Origin: Octopus sinensis
Taxonomy: Eukaryota
Reading direction: 5' to 3'
Length of the DNA: 64,000 nt
Assembly (NCBI RefSeq): GCF_006345805.1
Contig: NW_021832120.1
Coordinates: 124,001 to 188,000 of the forward strand
Shown here: piece after piece, positions 50,588 to 61,865 of the stretch
How positions within the stretch are numbered: position 1 is the first letter of the stretch
Layout of the letters: every line of letters starts with the position of its first letter
The notes under the pieces: generated by a model
Told to the model about the DNA's origin: nothing
The model's input: the letters and a program-made list of their open reading frames with translations, nothing else
Database searches by the model: none
Translations under genes and position numbers: made by a program

Positions 50588-53213
50588 ATGTTGGAAGGGA
50601 CACCTCATTTTAACTATGAGTCGGTTATTGCCGCATTAAATGTTACTTATGGGACTGAATTTAACGAGGAAATGCAAATGAAGGCCTCCGAATACCTCAC
50701 TCTCTTCCAAAAGTCACAAAACGCCTGGGAACTATGTGGACAAATCCTCTGGTCCTCCTCCATGTCCTCTCACAGAGCATTCGCTGCAAATACAATCCGT
50801 AGTAAAGTACTCCTCAGTCCTAATCCCCCAGATAAACTACGACTATAGTGAACTATCCCCCTCGAGTTATAAAGTATTAAAGTTCTAGAACATTCTAGAA
50901 CATTCTATCCTTTCTATTGGAACAATTGTGGCTGTATAGAGAAGACAGTGTGACGACAATTCGGACTGAGCTTATTCTGGGAATAGTCCAGTTGGTGATA
51001 CGAGGGAATGACTGGGAGTGGGTGTTTGATAAGTTCCTGGAGGTGTATTCTCAAAACACGTGGATTGTCCTCACCTTCCTCAGAGAATGTGCTCTCTCTG
51101 TCAAAAGGGGGTCACCCTTCGCTGCCTTCCTGTCCTCCAAGGAGACTGTCCTTCTTCACTACGTGGCCTTGGGGATGGACAGAGAACTTGGATGGAGATG
51201 TGTGACGTCATTACTCAAGAGTGACGTCATCAAGAATGTCCCTATCCTTATTCCTCCTCTTTTTGGTGTTCTCAGACAAAGGCCAATCCACAGCACAGTC
51301 GTCCAGGCTTTGGGTGCCCTGGCTGTATATTGTAAGAAAAATGGCGGGCTTTGGGAGCAGATTGTTCCATATATATTGGAACTTCCCGCCTTGATGGGTG
51401 AGAAAGAGACAGACGAGGCACTGTCGGATATAATTTCTGACTTTGGGTCGTGTATGGTGAAGGATCCCTCAGTGGAGAAGGTTTTGGGGGTCGAACTGGG
51501 TCTCCTCTCATCCCCCCACTCCCGGGTGGTCTTCAATGGACTGTACTTCTGGACTACACTCGTGTTGGAGGAGGGTGACCGATGTGTGCCCCACATCACC
51601 CCTCTTGTCCTCTCTATGGTCAATATATGTCGACATGTGTGGACTCCCAACACAACTGAGGATATCAGGAAGGAGGTGGAGGACTGTCTTTCTTATCTTT
51701 TGCCTGCTCATTTAGGCAGAATTAATAATGTGGTATTTTCCCGCCTTTATTTATTGATTTTTGGAGTGATGGAAGGTGGGGAAGGTGATGTGGTGGACTC
51801 CTGCCTATATTTGCTCAGTAGAGTGAATGGGAAGGGGTATTGGTATATATAACACATGTAGTACATCACCTGAGGACACAAATTATATTCTACAATATAT
51901 TTCCCGCCAAAACATAATGGCGCGAAGTTTGAAGTTATTGGGAGTGATATCACATTCATTCACGTGTCAGCACATTGACTATATAATGGAGTATATAAAG
52001 GCAGTGATTGGTGACCCTGCCTTGTGTGAGGATGCCTCCTCTGCCTATTGGGGACTGTGTTCGAACTGCCCTCCTGAACTGATGGTCCCCCACCACCTGC
52101 CCCTGCTGAGACTGTCCCTGAGAAGTGAGTGCAGTAAGGCAGTGATAGCCAGCATTGTCTTCTCAATATCGAATCTGCCAGTGGATATGTTCAGTGTGTA
52201 TTTCTGTGGAGTGTGTGTGCATATAAGAGACGACTTTGTGGCCCAACTGCCCCCTACGAGTGGAGTACTGACATGCTTCCTCACCCACATAGCCACTGCC
52301 TACAAGTCAGTGAGTGTGGGGGCACATCAGTCCCCTCAGGCCTTTGGGGAGATCTGGCCTGTGCTGGCACAAATGTTCGACCAGACCATTGGAGAAGAGC
52401 AGTTGGCCGAGCTGTATGTGCGGTGTCTCAGGCATATAATAAGACAGACAGTCCTGCCTATTCACATAATCAACACATTGGTGGAAAGAGTAGTGTGTTG
52501 TGGTCAGTCTAGATTGAGTGTTTATATCCTATATATAAGCATACATGTTTTGTATATTTGGGGGGGATTATAATTGAGCAATATGGGAGGGAGGAGGCAT
52601 TCCAGTTGAGTCGGTTGTTGGCTGTGCTTGTCCTGCCCAGTCTGAGTGTGTTGAGGGACACCAATGGGGTGGTTAATAACCCGGACTATGCCAAGGACTT
52701 TTTCCAGATGATGTCGAGGTATGTGAGGGGATTGACAGGCAGACTAGTGGTGGCCAATCCACAGTCCTACGTGGAGTACTCTGCCCCTGTTCTCGACTGT
52801 GCTCTCTCTGCCCTGTTCTCTCACAATAGGGATGTGTATGCTGATGCCTGTTCATTTCTGTGTCTGGTTGTGGGGGGGAATGGACTGAGTATTCTACGGG
52901 CAGTGCTCACCTCCTTTACTGGATGTGTCACTCATTTGTCGTCGGTGGTGAAGGTGGTGGTGGCTGTGAATAGACGTGACCCGCAGGTGGGTGGTGTGTT
53001 TATGGTAGGCATTTCCGGGTATTCTGAGGGTTGTTTTGTCGGAGATGCCGCGGAGTGGGGATTGTGTGAGGGGAGTGCTTTCTGATGGGGAAATGAGCAC
53101 TTTCTATGACTCGGTCACTGCGTACTGCCCATGTCTTCATTCATAGGGGAGTCACCAGTCCTAAACTCGTGAGGACTGCATTTAATAAATTCAAGTCTAA
53201 TTTTATTGTGTGA
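50588..53213 (+). CDS. TNPO3: transportin-3 / Mtr10-like importin-beta family protein
   Basis: IBN_N region KASEYLTLFQKSQNAW...FAANTIRSK|INYDYSELS; HEAT-like helices; NNPDYAKDFFQMMSRY. Last intron 53122-53146; stop at 53211-53213. Confidence 0.82.
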
Positions 53214-53214
53214 T

Positions 53215-54325
53215 TTATTGCTGATAATTGTTCATATTGGTATACCATCTGCTAATTTTGGTGTGTTTGAGGGCATCATCAAAGGCAGTAGTCCCCTCTA
53301 TACTCCTCAGCAGGCCAAAGACAGTCTACATATTAGTCCCTCTCTACTATATCGGCCAAGTCAGGCTGATCCCCTCCCATGTACTGCCCTCCACCTACCG
53401 CCTCCACCCACAGATTGAGTGCCTTGTACAACGCCTCTCTGCTATCCCCTGTTATGTCATATCTACATGACCCGTCACATATACCTGCGGGCGATCAACT
53501 TGCCGAGGATATAAAACATGAGTCCTCCCGCGTATATATATATCTGTCGTTGGACATAGCCGTACATGGTAGGCCACTCCCCCACCCGGTCATACACGCG
53601 CATAGTCCGGACTGCCTCTGTGTATGTCCGGTATATGTTGGGGGAGAATGTGTGGAGGAGTACACTGTCTGCCCACTCCCTCCATTCCCGCTCTTTCCTG
53701 ACAAATATTGGGAGTATTAGACCGGGTTGTGAGGGGGTCGAAGGGGACATGTGGGCCGTAGATTATGTTATATTTGTGGGGGTGTTCGGCCTCCTTCCCC
53801 TGTCCTTTGATGTGGGGGTAATATTGGCATATTTCCGCCATACTTTCCCGCCCTCGAATTAAGTAGCTTTCAAGGCAACTTAATATTTGAGAGGAATCGT
53901 TTATTTGCTAAATTAAATTATATTAATTATAATTTATATTTAAATTAATAAAATATACAGATAACTCTCCGTTTTGTTCGATGGTGAGGATGGGCACTTT
54001 TTTATAGACCGACCACTTTATTTGTTTCCGCATAAAAAAATCAACGTGAACCAAGTCGTAGGAAATGCCACGGACATTCAGGTAAGTCCTCACCTTACTG
54101 CAAAACGGGCAGGACTGGTATTGATAAAGAGTTATCTTCAAATTCGAATTATCTCCAGGAAATTTGATTTTCTGGACATTTTTAGTTTATTACCTTTGTG
54201 TATAACTCTGGAGAGTCTGAGGTGGTGTAGGACAGAGTGTATGCAATCGGAAGGGACACGAGAAGTGCTTTTTTGAATGTGGGTTTTATTAATGTGCAGG
54301 ATAGTGACTTTAGACTTTTCAACAT
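53215..54325 (-). CDS. PTGES2: prostaglandin E synthase 2 (glutaredoxin/GST fold)
   Basis: ITLYQYQSCPFCSKVRTYL...YKKVPIL; C-terminus AFDDALKHTKISRWY..*. Confidence 0.9.
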
Positions 54326-54601
54326 TTTTATGTCTCACTAGAATTATCACTCGTGATTAATATTTTATTTATAATAATTTATAAATTTAATTATTTATAA
54401 TAATAATTTATTAATCGAGTTTCATATTTTCAATTACTGTAAAAAATCACAAAATCTTCTTACGAACGATTGCCTAAAAGAACCAAGATTTTTAAAGAAA
54501 AGAAAGATCGATGGAAAAAAGTCATAATTTTTTTAAATAATTTTTTTTATTTATTTATGTATTTTAAAATAACAATGTAATAAATTTAATTTATATTAAA
54601 T

Positions 54602-54943
54602 ATGGGACAATTGATGGTTGGAAGGTTTGTCGAAAATGCGGTCAATGACATATACGGGTATTTATCCAGTTTTTTTATACGTGATGAAAACTGTGAATTA
54701 AAGATTGTGGATACAACAATGATACCTGATAAGGATGAATTTATATTTAAAACTTTAGAAACAAACATTAAAAGGTATGATTCTTTAATTGATGGGCTAA
54801 CAAATCTTAACCATCAAATGACAGAAAAATTTGGAAGATATTGGCAATGTTTTGCTGGCAAAAACATAAATTATTCTTGTCAATGTCATTCTCATATTGT
54901 ATTCCGTTACGGAGATTATCAAATTTTCATTTTAATGAATTAA
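54602..54943 (+). CDS. divergent dynein light chain (LC8-fold)-like protein, intronless
   Basis: LKIVDTTM...HQMTEKFGRYWQCFAGKNINY...IVFRYGDYQIFIL. Confidence 0.65.
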   Translation: MGQLMVGRFVENAVNDIYGYLSSFFIRDENCELKIVDTTMIPDKDEFIFKTLETNIKRYDSLIDGLTNLNHQMTEKFGRYWQCFAGKNINYSCQCHSHIVFRYGDYQIFILMN

Positions 54944-55049
54944 TTCTTTAACCTAACCTATAAATATTCAAAAATTAATACTTTTTGGTCAAATTAATAA
55001 GTAATTAAAATATTATTTTTTGTATTTTTTTGTATTTTTTAAAGAGTGC

Positions 55050-55290
55050 AAAGTAAAAAGACTGTTAAACTAAATAATGGCCTCACGAAACACCCGGCCA
55101 ACCTCGCGAATAGCGAAGTCTTTCCCTCGGATCACAGCAATCGACAGATATTCCAGGAGCCAGATGACTCTCTTGGATCGTGACTAGTCCTTGATATCCG
55201 TCGACCAACCGAGCAAAGAATGCGAAATGTCTTGGGGAAATATTGAACTCCTGTACGGAGATTATCGAATTTTAATTTTAATGAATTAAT
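55050..55290 (-). mobile_element. 3' stub of CRE-like RLE retroelement
   Basis: Minus strand encodes DPRES...LSIAVIRGK..AIRE, followed by a 3' UTR shared with 19885-19955. Confidence 0.75.
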
Positions 55291-55795
55291 GGCATCGGAC
55301 AGGACGCCAGGATGATCGATCGAGTGAATCGAAAGCTCCTCGAAGGAGACGTGAGAGCTGCCCTCCGTGTCTTGTGCTCCGGGGACTCTGTTGCCGAGTG
55401 TACGTCCAGGACATCAACTTTGCTGAGGTCAAAGCATCCGCCGGCCTCTGAAGACCTAAGGCCATAACTCCCCCCCGAAGCCCCACACTGATGATCATCA
55501 CTGAGGAAGAAGTTCTGTCGGGAATCAGATCTTTCGGAGCGAGCAGCAGCGGGGGAATTGATATCAAGGACATGACTTCTGCGATCACCGGGGAATCCGG
55601 CGTGGCGGCTGCGAAGGAGCCGTTCATGCCACCAGGGGTTTCTTCTACATGGGCCAACGAGTTACTACCGATTTTATCGCTGTGAAGCTTGATATCACCA
55701 ACGCTTTCAACAGCGTGCGCCGCGATGCTATTTTGGAAACATGCTCTCGAAGAGCACCAGAAATAATCCATCTTGTCTCGCTTGCCTACGACTCT
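55290..55795 (+). pseudogene. CRE-like RT fragment with multiple internal deletions
   Basis: EEEVLSGIRSFGASSSGGID|IKDMTSAITGESG and KLDITNAFNSVRRD...LVSLAYDS. Confidence 0.78.
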
Positions 55796-55912
55796 CATAA
55801 ATATTCAAAAATTAGTACTTTTTTGTGATCAAAACAATTTTTTGATAAGTAATTAAAATATTTATAGCAATTTTTATTTAAATTTTGGTTAGTCGAGAAT
55901 TAATTTAAAGAT

Positions 55913-56317
55913 TTAAACTTTAAGGACAACGATGTCACAATCAGTATGGTTGGAACCTTTTTGATCGACAGTAAAAAAAATAAAATTGTCCTTGAAATTA
56001 TTAATAGCAAAATTCAAATCCCCTATAAAACAACACCACTCTCCTTTATATTCAGCCTCCATTTTTTCTGCAAGTAGAACGGCAAACTTAACATTTTTTG
56101 CTTTTCTTACATTGTAACGTTGATATTGAAAAATATTTAAAGCGTATTCAATTGTTTTATCCTGCATTTGTTGACTCATAGAAGAATTTTTGATTGTGAC
56201 AGTATAAGTTGGTGGATAAAGTCTATACCAAGATTGAAAACCTTTATAATCTCGCTTATTGTCATTTTCTTCAAAGTTCAACTCATGCCATTCTGGAATG
56301 CTAGTTACAGAACCCAT
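55913..56317 (-). CDS. dynein light chain (LC8-fold)-like protein with N-terminal extension, intronless
   Basis: IKNSSMSQQMQDKTIEYAL...LAEKMEAEYKGEWCCFIGDLNF...FIFFTV. Confidence 0.8.
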   Translation of the reverse strand: MGSVTSIPEWHELNFEENDNKRDYKGFQSWYRLYPPTYTVTIKNSSMSQQMQDKTIEYALNIFQYQRYNVRKAKNVKFAVLLAEKMEAEYKGEWCCFIGDLNFAINNFKDNFIFFTVDQKGSNHTDCDIVVLKV

Positions 56318-56524
56318 TTAAATATTTTTCGATTGATATTTCTTTTATACCGGACTAGCCATTATTATAATTATAATATGAACGCACATTTTATCAAATA
56401 GCTTAAATTTTTTAAATAATTTTTATTTATGTTGCTATTCTTCTAATATTCTTCAATGTTGATGATATTTAAAAACCATATAGTTCTTTAATTTTCAGTT
56501 TGACTAACATTACTTAACTAATTA

Positions 56525-57776
56525 CAGTGAAACCTCTCGAATCCGCTGCTTCTCGAATCCGCCGCTTCTCGAATCCGCTTGTTTTAATCAAAAATTTAAA
56601 ATTTCCTATGAATGATTCTTGAATCCGCTTGTTTCTCGAATTCGCTCCTCATGTATTATGAAAAATAATTTTTTTATCTAATTGTAAGTTAAATTAATTA
56701 ACATTTTAAAATTCTCATTACACGTTAAATTGTATTTTTGTGATGCGTCGCTGTGTTAGACTTTCTATCAACGAAAAAATTTCTATACTACGTTATATTT
56801 CTGACAACCCATTCGTTTCTGCACCTCAAATTTCCAGGATTTTTTCTTCACGGTTAAAAAGAAAATTTCTCCGAGAACTATAAACGATCTTAAATCAAAA
56901 TCGGACCTTTTGAATAGGACTGACATCAAAAAATTAAACATAACGAGAATTCCAAAACTCAAATTTAATGAAATTGATGTAGCGATGATAACATGGATTA
57001 ACTTAATGGAATCTAGTGGAGCAATTCTATCAGATTCGATGTTAATTGCAAAAGCTCTTAAGTTTGGAAAAAATTTTCCAGAATTTAAAGCAAGTCGTGG
57101 GTGGCTAGAAAAGTTTAAATTACGAAATGGTATCAAGTTAAGAAAATTTCACGGAGACAGTGGATCAGTAAATCATGATGAACAATCTATTACTGATTTT
57201 AATGAAACAATGAGTTTAAAAATTGAACAATATGGATTGGACAATGTTTATAATGCAGATGAAACTGGTGTTTTTTACAAGGCGATTCCTTCCAAAAGTG
57301 TGTGCACCAAATCACGGCCTGGAATAAAGTTGTCGAAGGATCGATTTTCGTTACTATTATGCGCAAATTGTTCTGGTTCCGATAAAAGAAGGCCTGTGAT
57401 GATAGGAAGATTCAAAAGTCCAAGGTGTTTTAAAAATTTCAACATTGGAAAATATGTTACCTACACCCATTCCAATAAGGCATCAGAGCTCTAGAGATTA
57501 TTAAAACTTATGCTTCTCAGGTAAATGCAGATATAGATGATCATGAAAATATTATGCGAATTGGGGAAATGTTAAGAAAATCAATTAAAAAAAATAAAAT
57601 TTCTGATTTTTTTGAATATAAATAATTTTATGTATTGAGTCATTTGTATATAAAAAGAAATACTTAATCTATATTGTAAGTTCACATTTCAACTATAAAA
57701 TATTATTTAAATTGCCTCTCTAATCCGCCGATTTTTTGGTCGGTCCCAAAATCGGCGGATTCGAGAGGTTTTACTG
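56525..57776 (+). mobile_element. pogo/Tigger element, internally deleted
   Basis: TA|CAGTGAAACCTCTCGAATCCGC...GCGGATTCGAGAGGTTTTACTG|TA; repeated gaatccgc; ORF 56910-57494 with FKASRGWLEKFK and VYNADETG. Confidence 0.93.
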
Positions 57777-57779
57777 TAC

Positions 57780-58060
57780 ATGCATTTGTATTATTCGCTT
57801 TGGATAGAGTGAGTCTTTACTTTTTTGATTTTTTGAATCTAAATTTTCTGTATAGGTGCAAATGTATGCATTTAACAATTTCGTTATGTCGCCTTGTATA
57901 ATCAGAATTAAGCATTCTATTTCATCGAGTTGCCAAACGGTTGATATCAGTCCCCTTCTAAACATATTTCTCGGTAAGTAAAGTCTTTCTTTGCAAGGTG
58001 GTTTCATATGCACATTCAAATTTATAAGTATCTTTGACTAATTTATCAATTTCTTCCAAA
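57780..58060 (-). pseudogene. R4-like RLE retroelement fragment
   Basis: DYTRRHNEIVKCIHLHL; same family as 32480-35200. Confidence 0.6.
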
Positions 58061-58064
58061 TTCA

Positions 58065-59755
58065 TAGGGTTGATGAGGCCAATAGTTACTCCAACCTGTC
58101 TAGCTTGTAGGAGGCCAGCTGTCTTCAGGCGCTCAGCAGCGAGTGCTTCCATAAGTCTAGCCCATCGGAGGCCCCGGTCCGGAGAAAGCTTCTCTAAGCA
58201 ATAGGCATAGATGCTCCGGAAGAGGAGACCAATAGCCAGATTCATCAATTAGGAAGAAATTTCCAGAACGAAGTTGTGCCAGAGATGTTCTCGTTTCTCT
58301 GTCCAGCGAAGACTCTGAGTCATCCACCATAGAAGGAGAGTCGTCTAGCAGTTTGTTCCAGGCAAGTTTTCGAAAAGCCTTGGTGGAGACATGGTCGATT
58401 TCTCGGAGAAAGGCTCAATAATTTTTGACAGTTCACGTTTTAGATTTGCAATGGTGGGTACTATCATACTATTCTATTTTTGTATGGGTGAGGAAATGAT
58501 ATGGGTGGTCTGATTCCATGGCCCCACTGAGGAATTGCAGGTTCCGCATGCGAAGGTGATCTTCCACAGGGAAAATGGTGGTTTCCCAGTGGAGATGGTC
58601 GGAAGGAGTGAATAACATGCATCCAATAATTGTTCGGAGAGCACTATTTTGGATCCTTTGTAGTTTTTGAATGTTGTTGGATGAAAGAGAGGAGCCCTAA
58701 GCGGGGCTAGCGTAGTTAAGGTAAGTCCTAACATATTGTTTATAGACTATTCTTAGCGTTTCTTTGTCTTGACAGAAGGAGGATCCGGCCACTGCACGGA
58801 GGGCATTCCTCTTTTTGTTTACTTTTTTGATTATGTGGTCAACATGAGAGGAGAAGGTGAAACATTGGTCGTAGATCACTCCCAGGATTTTCGGAGTTTC
58901 TGAGATGGGGAGGCGTTCTCCAAAAATTTTCAACTCTGGATGCTGGTCCGGGGAGAAGGCCAATCCTTGCGGGACTCCATAGGGTAAGTATTCCGCGTCC
59001 TCGACATAACACAGTGCGACTTGAGCCATTTTTGAATCATTGGAGGAATGCTCGTCGCTGTAATCTTGTTTGAATGAACATGACGGGAGGTCTTGTCAAA
59101 GGCTTTTGCGATGTCAATCGAAGCCAGAATTGCGCGAAGTGGTGGTTTGTTTTAAAACCATCCGCAATGAAGTCCGTTAGTTTTGTTAGGTGCTAGAGGT
59201 TGGGATCTAGACAGATTGATGTGCGGATATATGTGATTCAAAATGAATCTCTTCAAAACTTTCGAAGCGACACAAAGCAAAGAGATGGGCCGAAAAGAAT
59301 CTGGGTCCCGAGGATCCTTGTTCGGCTTGAGTGTTGGAATTATAGTTGATTGTTTCCATAACATGGGGACATATCCAAACTTCAATAAAGTTTGAAAGAT
59401 TTCCGTGATGACTCCAAGTCCATTCGGCCCATATTCCGTCTGGGTCTTTCTTAGCATTCAAGATTAGGGCACGTATGTCCATCCAGTCTATCATGATCGG
59501 AGAGACGTTTGGTGACGGAGGGGAATTCAATATATGTACACGATTTGATCTGTTCATGTTGACAGATAGAGCTGTAGTGGGACATAATGTCATCCGCTTG
59601 TTCTCGAAATGACTTCGAGCGGAGGCGTTTATTTATCCCAGATTCGTGAGTGGAAGTGTGTAGGGTCTGTCCGGAAGAAATTGATTTCAATGCGTTCTAA
59701 AATTCAGTTGGCTTGGTACGATGATCCAGTCTAGATACAAACTCTTTGGCTCTTT
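58065..59755 (-). mobile_element. Ingi/Vingi-like APE-clade retroelement, deleted and 5'-truncated
   Basis: LWKQSTIIPTLKPNK...FRPISLL, SIDIAKAFD, GVPQG, PKILGVIYD, RNALRAVAG...YKQYVR..NYASP; C-terminus ...RLKTAGLL. Confidence 0.85.
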
Positions 59756-59760
59756 TGTTT

Positions 59761-60056
59761 TGTAAAAAAATCACAAAATCTTCTTACGAACGATTGCCTA
59801 AAAGAACCAAGATTTTTAAAGAAAAGAAAGATCGATGGAAAAAAAGTTATAATTTTTGTAAATAATTTTTTTTACCGGCCAGCCTCGCGAATGGCCAAGC
59901 CTTTCCCTCGGATCACAGCAATCGACAGACGTTCCAGGAGCCGAGATGACTCTCTTGGATCGTGACTTGTCCTTGGTATCCGTCGACCAGGCGAACGAAG
60001 TGTCTTTGGGAAATATTTACTCCTGTACGGAGATTATCGAATTTTAATGAATTAAT
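59761..60056. repeat. deleted copy of 54438-55290 (dynein light chain ORF missing)
   Basis: Flanks are fused at ...aattttttt|accggccagcc. Confidence 0.85.
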
Positions 60057-60115
60057 TCAACTTTTTTCAATCACATAGATTTATTCAATTAACTCAACAA
60101 ATAATTTAGTTAGTA

Positions 60116-61005
60116 CAGTCTAACCCCGGGGTGGGGCACCAAAGTGCCCCAAAAAGCGGGGGTGCCCTTCCAAACAGGAGTTTGGTTCAAACTATTGAAT
60201 TATAGTTCATTTAACTTACATTTTGGTTTACATTGCGAACAAAGAACTCTTTTACATCTTCCAAAGTGTTTATATGCCGATAATACAATAAGATGTGTTT
60301 TTTTGCTCTATAGTTTGATAGATTTCTATTCTGTTTTTTAATTTGATTTTGATTAAAATAAATCATTATTTTTAAAACATTTTTTTGAAATAATCAGTCA
60401 ATTTCATTTTTTCTTATTTCTTAAATCTTTTCCAACTTGAAATCTGTCTAGCCAACCGTTTGAGGCTTTAAAAGGTGTTCGAGAATCCAATTTTGTCGAT
60501 ATTTTTTTAGCGATCGCTTTGATTAATGTACCCGAAATAGAAAAGGAATCTTCCCTCAATCGACGAAAAGCATTAAAAGTTAATTCCTCAAGTTTTTCAA
60601 ATTGATTTGTTTCATTAGAAGCTTGTTCAACTTCATCTATTTGAACTAATCTTGAAATGACTGATCCGGTATTAATGAAAGAAGAAATGTTTTTTTATTC
60701 GGCCAATAGTGCCTTTGCTTATCTTGAATTTTTTTGCAACTTCTCTTCAGAAGAAGTTTGTAGACACTTTGCAATTTTAATTTTTTTTCAATAGAAATCT
60801 TTGAAGGCATTACACAAAGATAAATATAAATTGTTCTAAAATAATATTATTCAACAAATTATTGTGTAATAATATTAAAATAAATTAGTAAAGTGCCCCA
60901 TACTGGGGTTTTGATAATTTCCAAATTTGGAAATTATTGATGAAAAATGTACTAAAAAATAAAATCGCCCCAAAAAGCGAGGGTGCCCAAGGCGGGGTTC
61001 GACTG
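60116..61005 (-). mobile_element. pogo-like element with CENP-B HTH remnant
   Basis: TA|CAGTCTAACCCC...GGGGTTCGACTG|TA; gccccaaaaagcg repeats at both ends; minus strand PFKASNGWLDRF. Confidence 0.85.
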
Positions 61006-61191
61006 TATTATGTCGCGAGCGCAGCGAGCGACCGAGCGCAGCGAGCGACCACTCAATTTCTAGTCGAACATAGATTTTTTCTCATTATTCTAAAATATCA
61101 ATTATAAATTTTAAAATATTATTTTTATTTATGAAATCGGTTTTAAAGCTCATTCTGCTTTGGCATCGATTTTAATTTTTGTTATCGAATA

Positions 61192-61740
61192 TGTCACATG
61201 CCTGTTCGTTACCATGCCCCGCTCGTTACCATTGCTCTAAATTTTTAAAATTTCAATTTAAAATATTTAAATGATTGAAATATATTTACTTATTTTTTTT
61301 TTTTTTTTTTTTTTTTTGTGCTCAATATTTATTAGGCTTAATTAAAATTAAGTTTGACTGGGTCAAACTACTAAGTAAAGTCAACAAACTAATAAATTCT
61401 CCCAGCGAGACGGAGGGAACAGCTGTTGCCACGCATGACAGCCAGCAGGATCCTCTGAATGAGGAAAGTAAATTCCCTAGGGTCCTTGGACCGCGAAGAA
61501 CAAAGATGTCCCAATTTCTTTAGGGAAGTGAGGGTCCCGGAGATGTCCCAATTTCTTTAGGGATTTACTTATTAATTTAAAAATTAATAATATTATGGAT
61601 TTTTATTTTTTCAATGCTTAACCATTATCATTAAAAAACAATTAATTTTTCTAAAAAATTGAAAAATCATTAATCAATTATTTCTCAGAAATAATTCGGA
61701 GGTAACGAGTGGGGCATAGTAATCCCTGAGGCATGTGACA
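61192..61740. mobile_element. second Ginger-like MITE nested in the first
   Basis: TGTCACATGCC...GGCATGTGACA; TSD gaata (61187-61191, 61741-61745). The empty site is visible in the paralogue at about 32296-32306. Confidence 0.9.
61293..61562 (-). mobile_element. young 3' stub of RLE retroelement with poly(A) tail
   Basis: About 25 T at 61293-61317; encodes LKKLGHLCSSRSKDPREFTFLIQRILLAVMRGNSCS; TSD atttactta(tt) at 61284 and 61563. Confidence 0.88.
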
Positions 61741-61865
61741 GAATATATTTAATCCCAAATACAAGCCTGGGTATTTGTCAATTTATAGATTTTTTGATTG
61801 ATCGGATCTAGAAATTGAGTGGTCGCTCGCTGCGCTCGGTCGCGCGCTGCGCTCGCGACATATTA

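Larger units (their letters stand above)
54438..55290. repeat. source copy of a local segmental duplication (partner 59761-60056)
   Basis: 54438-54548 matches 59761-59873 and 55095-55290 matches 59874-60056. Confidence 0.85.
61011..61860. mobile_element. Ginger-like MITE (TGT...ACA)
   Basis: 53-bp TIRs (1 mismatch) containing tandem GAGCGCAGCGAGCGACC; 5-bp TSD tatta (61006-61010, 61861-61865). Confidence 0.9.

Noticed and set aside
61011-61063. GAGC repeats resembling the AAV Rep-binding element / parvoviral ITR
   Set aside because: They are internal repeats of TIRs with TGT/ACA ends and 5-bp TSDs; there is no Rep or capsid ORF.
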